Source: a virus
Taxonomy: Duplodnaviria; Caudoviricetes
DNA: 53,862 nt
Virus record (IMG/VR): IMGVR_UViG_3300025732_000054
Location: 1-53,862 of that record
Direction: 5' to 3' (one strand)
The notes beneath the pieces are model-generated. The model searched no databases. It was not told the origin of the DNA and was given only the letters and a program-made list of their open reading frames with translations. The position numbers were made by a program, and so were the translations under genes. Positions 1-7,873 of the stretch are shown here, one piece after another. Positions within the stretch are counted from its first letter, which is position 1; every line of letters starts with the position of its first letter.

Positions 1-961
1 ACTGGCGGAAGCCCAGAGCGCATGGGAAAAGAAACTGAAGAGCGGCTATGTCCGTTCCCTCCGCAAGGCCCAGTCGGGTGAAACCGACAGCCAGTTCATT
101 TCGGGCGGCGTGGAGCCCATGCTGGCCCACAAGTGGGAGGGCGGACGTCATGCCCAGTTCCCGTCCTTCGTCCAGCCCAAACTGGACGGCATCCGGTGCC
201 TGGCCGTGATCCAGAACGGCGTGTGCTCCCTGTGGTCCCGTACCCGCAAGCCCATCCAGTCCGTGCCCCATATTGCCGAAGCCCTGGAAGCCTGGTGTCG
301 TGCGGCAGGGCTGACCCGTGGGCAGATTGTGCTGGACGGTGAACTGTACTCCCACGACAAGCGGGAAGAGTTTCAGGAGATTGTTTCGCTCGTCCGCAAG
401 GAGGAGCCTGATCCCCGTGCCGTGGAGATCCAGTACCATGTGTACGACGGCTGGTGCGGTGGAAACCAGAGCGAGGCGTACAGCACCCGTTTTCTCGGCA
501 CGATTTGCGAGTCGCACGGTCTGGCGGCAACGGCCAAGGGCAAGTCGCCCATCCGTACCGTGAAGACCTTGCCTGTGGATTCGGGCGAAGCGGTAATCGA
601 GGCATTCAACGAGTTCCGTGAGCAGGGCTACGAAGGGGCCATCTGGCGTGGCGACAGCGGCTACGAGAACAAGCGGTCCCGCAGTCTCCTGAAGATCAAG
701 GAGTTTGACGACAAGGAGTTCACCATCACGGGCATCACGCTTGGGCGTGGACGCATGAGCGAGTGTGCCATTTTCCAGTGTGCGACTCCGGGTGGTGGGG
801 AGTTCCGGTGTAAGATGCGTGGCACGCTTGATGGGCTCCGTGCCATAGCGGAAAACCCCGAGCGGTTCGTGGGCAAGCCCCTGACCGTTCGGTTCCAAGG
901 CTATACGGATGACGGGATTCCCCGTTTCCCCGTGGGCGTGTGTGTGCGTGATTACGAGTAA
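1..961 (+). CDS. lig: ATP-dependent DNA ligase (5'-truncated by window; frame open from base 2)
   Basis: Motif I QPKLDGIRC, III LDGELY, IIIa YHVYD, IV EGAI, V LLKIK, VI PRFP. The frame upstream of the GTG at 110 is open to the window edge (LAEAQSAWEKKLKSGY...). Confidence 0.95.
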   Translation, partial: LAEAQSAWEKKLKSGYVRSLRKAQSGETDSQFISGGVEPMLAHKWEGGRHAQFPSFVQPKLDGIRCLAVIQNGVCSLWSRTRKPIQSVPHIAEALEAWCRAAGLTRGQIVLDGELYSHDKREEFQEIVSLVRKEEPDPRAVEIQYHVYDGWCGGNQSEAYSTRFLGTICESHGLAATAKGKSPIRTVKTLPVDSGEAVIEAFNEFREQGYEGAIWRGDSGYENKRSRSLLKIKEFDDKEFTITGITLGRGRMSECAIFQCATPGGGEFRCKMRGTLDGLRAIAENPERFVGKPLTVRFQGYTDDGIPRFPVGVCVRDYE

Positions 962-974
962 GAAAGGATTCCCT

Positions 975-1115
975 GTGGACGAGACTGACCCTATGCGAAA
1001 CACCCCAGACATCTCTACCGAGAACACCATGACCGTGGTTGTGTTCCTCCTGTTTACCGTTGCCCTGGTTTCAGGCATCGGCTGGCTCATGTGGCTGAAC
1101 TCCAACCTGGGATAA
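975..1115 (+). CDS. small membrane protein
   Basis: GTG after AAAGGA; one hydrophobic stretch VVVFLLFTVALVSGIGWLMWL. Confidence 0.55.
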   Translation: MDETDPMRNTPDISTENTMTVVVFLLFTVALVSGIGWLMWLNSNLG

Positions 1116-1119
1116 ACCC

Positions 1120-1578
1120 ATGACTAACTGGAACAAGTACAGGCCACAGAAGCCCGTGACGATTTCGGCAAACGCTACGAACAAGACCTACACGAATCAA
1201 ACCGTGAAAACCCATAACTTGCCCACAACGCTTCCGCCCAACGAAAAGGACTTCCGGTACTTGCTGCGTGGTCGCCTGTGTTGGGCGGTGTGTGGTCCCA
1301 ATGACCCCAACAACAGCGGATCGTGGATTGTTTTTGTGGCAGGTCCGACCACGAATGGTGCTTGGGGAACCGAGTTCGATTTGGTTCAGGTGTGGAAGTT
1401 CGACAGCCATTTCAATGCTCCTCCCGCACCCGAGTTCTTTGTTCCCCAAGCCGCACCGCCTGACGGATTCATCATACACTCCAACGGAGCGTACATGCGG
1501 CTCCAGGCGGCACGGGACGCATGGAAGAGTTTTGTGGACAACGGTTGGACTCCTTTTGCGGGAGACATTCACGCATGA
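1120..1578 (+). CDS. hypothetical protein with DUF1651-like C-terminal ARxxWxxxxxxGW motif
   Basis: Ends YMRLQAARDAWKSFVDNGW; tightly packed in operon. Confidence 0.75.
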   Translation: MTNWNKYRPQKPVTISANATNKTYTNQTVKTHNLPTTLPPNEKDFRYLLRGRLCWAVCGPNDPNNSGSWIVFVAGPTTNGAWGTEFDLVQVWKFDSHFNAPPAPEFFVPQAAPPDGFIIHSNGAYMRLQAARDAWKSFVDNGWTPFAGDIHA

Positions 1579-1856
1579 CGGACATCACAGAAATCCTGCG
1601 TAGCATTGCCAGTACTCATCCGCCCGATTCGCCCCATGCCGTAAAGATCGGCGAGGCGGCGGTGGAGATCCAACGGCTGCGTGACGAGAATGCGAATCTC
1701 ACGCAACGGATACAGGATGCGTCCATTCTCCTGTGGGATTGGGACGGATACTGGAATCCAGAGGCAGGCACGGGCAATGCCCGTGAACTGGCAGGACTTG
1801 TTGAATCGGCGTATACACTTCTTCAAAACGAATCATGGAGGAAATCAAATGAATGA
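1575..1856 (+). CDS. hypothetical phage protein (EAAxEIQRLR coiled-coil motif)
   Basis: ATGA overlap with the previous gene, GGAGA SD. Confidence 0.75.
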   Translation: MTDITEILRSIASTHPPDSPHAVKIGEAAVEIQRLRDENANLTQRIQDASILLWDWDGYWNPEAGTGNARELAGLVESAYTLLQNESWRKSNE

Positions 1857-1980
1857 CTGGATTATTGGATTTGGAATGGGATTCGGGGCGGTCGTGGCAG
1901 GGGTTGCGTTGGGACTCCTTTGGTGGTATATTACCCGTTCGGTGTCCAACGGAATGAGAGGAATGGATCACGATGAATGA
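1849..1980 (+). CDS. small membrane protein
   Basis: GGAGG SD; MNDWIIGFGMGFGAVVAGVALGLLWWY hydrophobic helix. Confidence 0.65.
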   Translation: MNDWIIGFGMGFGAVVAGVALGLLWWYITRSVSNGMRGMDHDE

Positions 1981-2239
1981 AGCGAAGGCCACAACTACCG
2001 ACAGCATTATCAGCCGATTGCGGTGTGGCTCCAGGCACTCCATTCTCAACGTGGCCGATGAAGCCGCCGACGAGATCCAGCGGCTGCGTGAGGAGCGTGA
2101 CGAGGCACGGCGAAATGTGTGCTTCATTGAAGCAGCAAATCTTTCCTTTGGACCGGATGGAATTCCGTACCATCCATCCGTGGCACACAAGATTGCCGAA
2201 GATTACGGGTGGGACTGTTTCCAGGACAAGAGCAAATGA
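1973..2239 (+). CDS. hypothetical phage protein (EAADEIQRLREERDEARR motif)
   Basis: Overlapping start/stop packing; common phage coiled-coil motif. Confidence 0.75.
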   Translation: MNEAKATTTDSIISRLRCGSRHSILNVADEAADEIQRLREERDEARRNVCFIEAANLSFGPDGIPYHPSVAHKIAEDYGWDCFQDKSK

Positions 2240-2517
2240 TTAACGACGGAACACTTGAATCTTTCAAGACGGCATCCATTACGGATAGGGACAAGCAGTG
2301 GAGGATGCGATTTGTGTGGACTCCTGCCCAAAAGGTCTACAACGAAGTTTTCGTAACCCTTACAGACATGACCGGCGACAAAGCCGCTTCTGCTTTCAGG
2401 GTAAACGAGTTGGAGTTTGTGGGTGACGGAGTGTCGAGCGAACGTCACCTGTGGGTGAAAACCGATGATGCTCGCAAGTGTTGGATCACCATGATTGATT
2501 GTGGATGGAGGCAATAA
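2236..2517 (+). CDS. hypothetical protein with DUF1651-like C-terminal motif
   Basis: ATGA overlap; ends WVKTDDARKCWITMIDCGW. Confidence 0.75.
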   Translation: MINDGTLESFKTASITDRDKQWRMRFVWTPAQKVYNEVFVTLTDMTGDKAASAFRVNELEFVGDGVSSERHLWVKTDDARKCWITMIDCGWRQ

Positions 2518-2927
2518 TGACCATGATTGGAATGTCTAGTGAACGTTGGAATCGTTTGACTGAAACGGGCGAGGCTCTCACCGAAGTGGAGATGGACGCA
2601 GGCTGGCACTGGTGTCACGAATGGGATGGACTCCCGATCGGACCTGGAATGCCCGAGGCCATCTGTTGTAATTGTGGTGTGCCTGCGGTTGAGGCATGGA
2701 AGGCAAGCGAAGACGCACGACGGCTTGCGGATGAACAGAAAGAACTGAACGAGGAGTTTGAGATTCTTTCACGGCAGCAAGCAGCAGAGCAGAGCCAGTT
2801 GACCGAGGGAACGGAACCCCGAGAAGAACTTTCTGATGAGGAGTTCTTTTCAGAGTACGGTGAAGACGAAACGGAAGAAGCGAACGAGTGTAATGAACAC
2901 TTCAGGAACAATCCCAATGGGGACTGA
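2517..2927 (+). CDS. hypothetical protein, Cys/His cluster and acidic tail
   Basis: GGAGG SD, TAATG overlap; GWHWCHEWDGL...CCNC. Confidence 0.7.
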   Translation: MTMIGMSSERWNRLTETGEALTEVEMDAGWHWCHEWDGLPIGPGMPEAICCNCGVPAVEAWKASEDARRLADEQKELNEEFEILSRQQAAEQSQLTEGTEPREELSDEEFFSEYGEDETEEANECNEHFRNNPNGD

Positions 2928-3378
2928 AACCTATCAGCAAAAGCGTGTGTCGGGAACCGCATGGACTCTTCAGGCTCCAGGGAGCACCATCGAGGCCGAG
3001 TTCGTGGTGCGTGATGATCCCCAACACCCCAAGGCTGGTTTTGTGTATGTGGCCTTTTGGGATCAGGGGAGTGCCATCTCGTTCTCTTGGGTGCTCTTCC
3101 AGCACATAAAGGGAATAAAGTGGAACATGACTCCTGTTATTAATTCTGGAACGATTCATCCCATGTCACATTACCAAGCCATCACCACGGTTGGGTCCAA
3201 GCGTTTTGATTTTACTTTCATCGCTCCCACCGATGGAACCCCACAGAAGTACGCTCTGGACACGGAGAACTACATGAGCATTGGAAGTGCCCGGGGACTC
3301 TGGACCTTGCTGAAGGAAAACGGATGGGACATGCTCCGAAAACCCAGTGTTGCCCTTGATGCTTTTTCTGCTGACTAA
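2893..3378 (+). CDS. hypothetical protein with DUF1651-like C-terminal motif
   Basis: Contains YMSIGSARGLWTLLKENGW; start uncertain (2893 or 2917). Confidence 0.7.
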   Translation: MNTSGTIPMGTETYQQKRVSGTAWTLQAPGSTIEAEFVVRDDPQHPKAGFVYVAFWDQGSAISFSWVLFQHIKGIKWNMTPVINSGTIHPMSHYQAITTVGSKRFDFTFIAPTDGTPQKYALDTENYMSIGSARGLWTLLKENGWDMLRKPSVALDAFSAD

Positions 3379-3498
3379 TCCGCAAAGGTGAAAATCGGCA
3401 TACACCAAATCTGTTGCCCTTCTCTGGATATTCCAGAATCTGGTGGAGTAAATCCAAAATCTCACCAGAGAAAATCTTTCTTGGAATATCCTGACCCC

Positions 3499-3527
3499 TT
3501 GACCCCATCCCCCGCTTGTGGTATACT
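3499..3527 (+). promoter_or_regulatory. sigma70-type early promoter
   Basis: TTGACC-17nt-TATACT with an extended -10 TG, upstream of ORF 3551. Confidence 0.8.
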
Positions 3528-3550
3528 TTACCTGTAAAGGCGGAAACTCC

Positions 3551-3994
3551 ATGAACACCATGACCGAAAACATCGACTACAAGACCCTGTGCCGCAACCT
3601 CGCCAAGGTGAACTACCATCTTCTGAACGCTCTTGAAGAGAGCGAAGCGGAAGTCCAGAACCTTTCGGAGAAAAACTTGAGCCTTCAGATTCGGAACGAT
3701 CGTCTCGCCAAGAACAGCGACCTTGACTCGGACACCGTGTTCGACCTCCGCACCGACAACGACATCCTGCGGGACCGTGTGGAGGAGTTGGAGCGGGTCG
3801 CCCGCAGCCACGGCGCACTGTGCTCCCGTTGCGAAGTCCTGCTCATCCTGTCCCGCTACAACGATCCGGCGAGTCCGTACGATGCGGATGCCCTTGAGGA
3901 TCACCTTGGTGGCATCTGCTCCAGTTGTGCGGCGGATGACCGGCTCCGTAAGGAGCGTGGCACGGGCACCTGTATCTCGGCGGGAGCGGACTGA
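3551..3994 (+). CDS. coiled-coil protein with C-terminal CxxC...CxxC zinc-binding motif
   Basis: Downstream of promoter; heptad pattern then CSRC and CSSC. Confidence 0.75.
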   Translation: MNTMTENIDYKTLCRNLAKVNYHLLNALEESEAEVQNLSEKNLSLQIRNDRLAKNSDLDSDTVFDLRTDNDILRDRVEELERVARSHGALCSRCEVLLILSRYNDPASPYDADALEDHLGGICSSCAADDRLRKERGTGTCISAGAD

Positions 3995-3997
3995 GCC

Positions 3998-4168
3998 GTG
4001 CTGAAGAGCAAGCCCAGCGATCGTCTGTTCCTTCCCCGTGGTGTTGACCGTGATGACTTCGGTCGCCCCCGCAACCGTGCGAAGACTTGGGGAACCAAGA
4101 CGCAAGACCCCAAGAGTTCCCGTCGTGATTGGCGGCGGGAGATGCGGAGAGAATATGGATTCGGCTGA
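3998..4168 (+). CDS. small basic hypothetical protein (56 aa, below ORF-track cutoff)
   Basis: GTG start after GGGAG; MLKSKPSDRLFLPRGVDRDDFGRPRNRAKTWG...; fills the operon gap. Confidence 0.55.
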   Translation: MLKSKPSDRLFLPRGVDRDDFGRPRNRAKTWGTKTQDPKSSRRDWRREMRREYGFG

Positions 4169-4430
4169 ATCCAACGAAAGCGAAATCCCTTGGCAAGAAA
4201 CCCGGCGTGGCTATCGTGTGGGCAAAGACAAGCACGGCAGTCTCGGCATTTACGAAGTGACCTATGATGGCAACCAGAAGCCGTGTGCCATCAGCGAAGT
4301 TCCCGCTGCGATCACAGGCAGCAACATGTGTGACCTGACGAGCGCATACGGCTCCATGCACGATGCGTTCAACCGACCCGTTCTCTCGATAGAAAAGATC
4401 CGCAACCAAAACCGCAAAGGACTGACCTGA
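4155..4430 (+). CDS. conserved phage hypothetical protein
   Basis: GGAGA SD; YRV...GIYEVTYD...P...AFNRPVL pattern recalled from phage hypotheticals. Confidence 0.7.
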   Translation: MDSAESNESEIPWQETRRGYRVGKDKHGSLGIYEVTYDGNQKPCAISEVPAAITGSNMCDLTSAYGSMHDAFNRPVLSIEKIRNQNRKGLT

Positions 4431-4840
4431 TGGAAACCCAGAGTATGGCAAAGGATGACAAACCCGGCTTCTGCCTCCGTGTGGATGAACCTGATACGGG
4501 CGACGAATACCGCATGGGATCACGGGGCTTTTTCATTGGCTTCGCCAATGGCTATCGAGTCTCGGTACAGTTCGGCAAGTTCAACTACTGCTCGGCTCGG
4601 GGCGAAGTGAGTCGCAAGCCGTTCCCGAAGGCCCAATACGAAGCATGGCTCCAAGAGAACTGCCCTGATGCGGAAGTCGCCATCTGGAATCCACAGGGCA
4701 ATCTGGTTCCTTTCAAGACCTCGGAGAACTCCATCCCTGATGATGTTCGACCGTACACCGATCCTGAAACCCTTGTGAAGATCCTGGAATGGGCAGCAAG
4801 CCAGCCGCCCATGCCCCCCGCCTCTGCTCCGACTAACTAA
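4430..4840 (+). CDS. hypothetical protein
   Basis: TGATG overlap; FANGYRVSVQFG...YC...AEVAIW pattern. Confidence 0.75.
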   Translation: METQSMAKDDKPGFCLRVDEPDTGDEYRMGSRGFFIGFANGYRVSVQFGKFNYCSARGEVSRKPFPKAQYEAWLQENCPDAEVAIWNPQGNLVPFKTSENSIPDDVRPYTDPETLVKILEWAASQPPMPPASAPTN

Positions 4841-4851
4841 AATGGACGAAC

Positions 4852-5124
4852 ATGAACCACGAACAGAAAATCTCACAACCCCGTCCCATAGCGATGGCAC
4901 TGTCCATCCTTCCGGCCTTTGCCCTGGTTTTGATTGTACTGAAGTTGACTGGCAGGATCGACTGGCACTGGATGTGGGTGCTGGCTCCCCTTGCCTTTCA
5001 CTTCCTCGTATGTGTCATATTCGTCGTCGCAGCGACCTTTCTGGCATGGGCGAGGCTGTTTGGACTGATTGCTGATCTCATCGAAGATTTTGTCGGTAGC
5101 ACCACGGAGAACAAGAATGTCTGA
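4852..5124 (+). CDS. membrane protein
   Basis: Two hydrophobic helices with VLKLTGRIDWHWMWVLAPL motif common in phage membrane proteins. Confidence 0.75.
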   Translation: MNHEQKISQPRPIAMALSILPAFALVLIVLKLTGRIDWHWMWVLAPLAFHFLVCVIFVVAATFLAWARLFGLIADLIEDFVGSTTENKNV

Positions 5125-5725
5125 AACCAACAACAACAACCCCACCAACGACGCTTTCGAGAATCTTCGCAACATGATTCAGAATCTGGAGAACCAGATC
5201 TCCAGCATCAAGAGCAACATGCCTCCTGATCCCAAGAATCCTCAGAATGTTTGGGCCAATCCCAAGAACCACCAGTTCGTGGACAACCCCATTAACGCTG
5301 CGTGGTTCCCGCCCATGATGCCGCCCCAGATGATGTCGCCTCAGATGCCGCCTCAGATGCCGCCTCAGCCCCCGCAGGTGGCTCCCGATGTGGCACAGTT
5401 CATCAGCATGGCGGAAGTCCTCCTGTTCAATGCCATGTACCTGCCGTTCAGCCGTGGGGCCAGCCGTCTTTCTGATTTCTTCGGTTTGGTCCTCCAGGCG
5501 AAGGCCCGGATGAGCCGTGAGGATTTCACGGACCAGGATCGTCAGGCTTTCGCCAACTGGTGTAAGCAGATTGGCAACATCATTGACCTCTCCCAGAGCA
5601 AGGGCGTGTGGCTGCTTGATGACGAGCGGGAGTTTGTCCACAGCATGGCTACGGGCAATGTGTGGAACTACGAGGGTGGTCCTGGTTCGGATGAGGGCTT
5701 TGACGGAGAGGGGGAGTTCCAGTGA
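5117..5725 (+). CDS. hypothetical protein with Asn/Pro/Gln/Met-rich N-terminal region
   Basis: GGAGA SD; MPPQ repeats; strongly GC3-biased codons. Confidence 0.8.
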   Translation: MSETNNNNPTNDAFENLRNMIQNLENQISSIKSNMPPDPKNPQNVWANPKNHQFVDNPINAAWFPPMMPPQMMSPQMPPQMPPQPPQVAPDVAQFISMAEVLLFNAMYLPFSRGASRLSDFFGLVLQAKARMSREDFTDQDRQAFANWCKQIGNIIDLSQSKGVWLLDDEREFVHSMATGNVWNYEGGPGSDEGFDGEGEFQ

Positions 5726-5877
5726 ATACCATTCCTCCACTCCACCGTGGCTGGCATCGTCCTGCGAAGCCCCAGCCTGGCCCGTCCACTCCGCCTTCGT
5801 GGATTGACCGCCGATGGGTCCGCCGTCTGAAGAATCCCAACACCATTCAAACCCCGAGACTGGAGCGAAGTCGATGA
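5722..5877 (+). CDS. small Pro/Arg-rich hypothetical protein (51 aa)
   Basis: GTGA overlap at the start and ATGA overlap at the end; fills the gap exactly. Confidence 0.5.
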   Translation: MNTIPPLHRGWHRPAKPQPGPSTPPSWIDRRWVRRLKNPNTIQTPRLERSR

Positions 5878-6170
5878 GCGAAGAGACACCGATCGACCCT
5901 GTTTGGAAACTGCTGCTTGATGAGTTGCGTCGGGCGGAAGTTGTGGTACACTTCACGAAGCGTGACGGCACAAAGCGGCAGATGCGGTGTACCCTGAAGG
6001 AGTCCGCCATTCCCCAAACCCCTAAGGCCGAAGGCGGACGGACCCGCAAGAGTTCGCCTGATGTTCAAATCGTGTGGGATCTGGATGCGGGCGACTGGCG
6101 TTCGTTCCGTCGTGAATCCATTGACCACTATGTGCTGCTCCCGTTCCCCAAGGAGGAAACCTGTGCCTAA
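5874..6170 (+). CDS. WYL_2/DUF2693-like SH3 beta-barrel protein
   Basis: VHFTKRDGTKRQMRCTL...VWDLDAGDWRSFR signature of this T4-like phage family. Confidence 0.85.
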   Translation: MSEETPIDPVWKLLLDELRRAEVVVHFTKRDGTKRQMRCTLKESAIPQTPKAEGGRTRKSSPDVQIVWDLDAGDWRSFRRESIDHYVLLPFPKEETCA

Positions 6171-6411
6171 TTGTCTTTCCGAAACCCTAACCGTGTCCTT
6201 TCACCAGTCCCCGTACGGCAAGAACTGGATTGCCTCCATTCATGGAATTGATGTGGACGAGAGTTGCGACGGCTATACAGCCAGCGAACTCCGTGAACTC
6301 GCCGAGCGATTCAATCATTATGCCAGTGTTCTGGATCGAATTAATTCCAGTGTGGACACCCCCATTCTTTTTGATTCGGTCGCCGACGAAAACAAAATTC
6401 AGCAAAGTTGA
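6163..6411 (+). CDS. hypothetical protein
   Basis: AGGAGG SD before GTG at 6163. Confidence 0.65.
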   Translation: MPNCLSETLTVSFHQSPYGKNWIASIHGIDVDESCDGYTASELRELAERFNHYASVLDRINSSVDTPILFDSVADENKIQQS

Positions 6412-6431
6412 TTCTTTCTTTTCAGAGGGAC

Positions 6432-6459
6432 TTGACTCTTGCCGATGAACTAGTATACT
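6432..6459 (+). promoter_or_regulatory. sigma70-type early promoter
   Basis: TTGACT-16nt-TATACT. Confidence 0.8.
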
Positions 6460-6466
6460 AGTAGCG

Positions 6467-6532
6467 TACAGGTGAGGGTACGACAGACGGCGTATCCAAG
6501 CCTCCAAACTGAACCCGTCTGACTTGTAGGAG
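6467..6532 (+). promoter_or_regulatory. structured 5' leader (H-type pseudoknot closed by a third stem next to the SD)
   Basis: Three 7-bp helices: TACAGGT/ACTTGTA, GGGTACG/CGTATCC, CAGACGG/CCGTCTG. Confidence 0.6.
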
Positions 6533-6539
6533 ATTTTGT

Positions 6540-6923
6540 ATGAAGACTCGTAGCAACCGTTCGACTCGTTCCAGCACCCGTTCCAATTGGGATCTTGGCA
6601 CTGCCACCATCACGGTGGGTGACTCCTCGTACGAGGTGACTACCTTCGGTGGTCGCTTTGTTTTCGAGAACACCTTCAATGGCAAGAACTACGGCCCCGA
6701 GGCCACCCAGTCGGATCGCATCCTTGCGTTCCTCTCCAACGGTTACAGCATCAACCAGGCTGCTGCGACCCGCATGTTCGGGTGCAAGAACCTGAGTGCC
6801 GCCATGAGCGTCATTCGGGCGAAGGTTGAGCGTTTCGGCAACTGGCGCATCGTGACGAACGATGAGGGCACCGAGTACAGCCTGAAGGGTGTTGTCCTCG
6901 TTGACCCGCAGGACATGGCCTGA
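6540..6923 (+). CDS. winged helix-turn-helix (HTH_39-like) DNA-binding protein
   Basis: TQSDRILAFLSNGYSINQAAATRMFGCKNLSAAMSVIR resembles HTH_39; AGGAG SD; basic N-terminal tail. Confidence 0.7.
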   Translation: MKTRSNRSTRSSTRSNWDLGTATITVGDSSYEVTTFGGRFVFENTFNGKNYGPEATQSDRILAFLSNGYSINQAAATRMFGCKNLSAAMSVIRAKVERFGNWRIVTNDEGTEYSLKGVVLVDPQDMA

Positions 6924-6967
6924 TCGAACCTTTGAGATGGCTACCCCCGAGGTAGCGTGATTCGGGC

Positions 6968-6997
6968 GTGTACGGGAGAAATCCCGTACACACCTTT
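6968..6997 (+). terminator. hairpin, possible weak terminator
   Basis: GTGTACGGGA-GAAA-TCCCGTACAC followed by ACCTTT. Confidence 0.55.
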
Positions 6998-7010
6998 ATG
7001 GCAGAAAACA

Positions 7011-7165
7011 GACTTTTATATTAATGTGGGTGCATCGGAGTGCGCACTCCGAATGCTTGGGGTATGTCCATGAGCCGTGTGGTACAGCGTATGCTGGCCG
7101 AGCGACTCCAGGCGAAAGCCTGCCTGCCCACAGAAGACTTGGTTGGAAACCACCAATTAAAAGTT
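7011..7165 (+). ncRNA. candidate multi-branched structured RNA
   Basis: Nested closing stems and 4-5 internal hairpins, followed by an intrinsic terminator; no credible ORF. Confidence 0.5.
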
Positions 7166-7170
7166 TCCAA

Positions 7171-7206
7171 AGCCAGCGGGACCGTTAATCCCGCTGGCTA
7201 TTTTTT
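7171..7206 (+). terminator. intrinsic terminator
   Basis: AGCCAGCGGGA-CCGTTAA-TCCCGCTGGCT then ATTTTTT. Confidence 0.85.
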
Positions 7207-7395
7207 ACCCATAGCGTTAAAGGTAAGAATCGATCGGCACGGGGTGCTGCCGGTCTGGATTCCCGATGGGACAACCGGCAAAACTCAAGGTCCAATAATA
7301 TCGGCGGCCCCCGCTCTAAATCCCGCATTTTCAAGGGTTTACGATCGGTCAGTCGGACGGACATGCGGCACTTCTGGAATCTGTCGGGATTCCTC

Positions 7396-7424
7396 TTGAC
7401 TCTGCGGCACACCCGATACATAAT
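7396..7424 (+). promoter_or_regulatory. sigma70-type promoter
   Basis: TTGACT-17nt-CATAAT, upstream of ORF 7448. Confidence 0.65.
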
Positions 7425-7447
7425 GTGCCACACAAGTGAGGTGAACC

Positions 7448-7873
7448 ATGTACGATGCCGATGAACATGCTAGTGCTACAGGCACTCCCGTAAACGACCC
7501 CAACGACATTTCCCGTGAGTTGGATTTCATCCAATACCTGGCCAGCACCAGTTCCCTTTCGGAAGCGGACGGCAAGCGGCTGGCCGCAGCGGGACAAAAG
7601 ATACAGTCGGTCCTCTCCCAGTTCCGTCGAACAAATGAGAAGTATCGTCGGGCATGGCTCCTGAACATGCGGGACGGGAGCACCGTGTACTGGAAAGATC
7701 CACTCCGTGTGGAGAGCGGATACTATGCTTTGGATTTGACAAACTCGGACTGGACGTGCCATCACGACACCCTGTCCAATACTGAAGACATGGAGTTTGT
7801 AATTACGGCTCCATTCGATCCAGAATTTGAACAGACCGTTTCTGCCGAAGAACTGTTTCCTGATGCTGATTGA
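7448..7873 (+). CDS. hypothetical protein
   Basis: GAGGTG SD, downstream of promoter. Confidence 0.75.
   Translation: MYDADEHASATGTPVNDPNDISRELDFIQYLASTSSLSEADGKRLAAAGQKIQSVLSQFRRTNEKYRRAWLLNMRDGSTVYWKDPLRVESGYYALDLTNSDWTCHHDTLSNTEDMEFVITAPFDPEFEQTVSAEELFPDAD

Noticed and set aside
3218-6049. Long minus-strand ORFs 3218..4174, 3843..4523 and 5078..6049
   Set aside because: Antisense shadows of GC3-rich plus-strand genes that have SDs, promoters and start/stop overlaps
6467-6532. HDV-like/theta ribozyme interpretation of the pseudoknot
   Set aside because: No P3/L3 or P1.1 element between the helices and it does not follow a tRNA; no such fold was seen after any tRNA either
7071-7108. GAGCCGTGTG resembling group II intron domain V
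   Set aside because: The 3' strand lacks the CGGTTC/AC-bulge pattern, and there is no domain VI or maturase
7040-7399. 119-aa plus-strand ORF
   Set aside because: Runs through a strong intrinsic terminator, has no clear SD, and overlaps the structured RNA candidate
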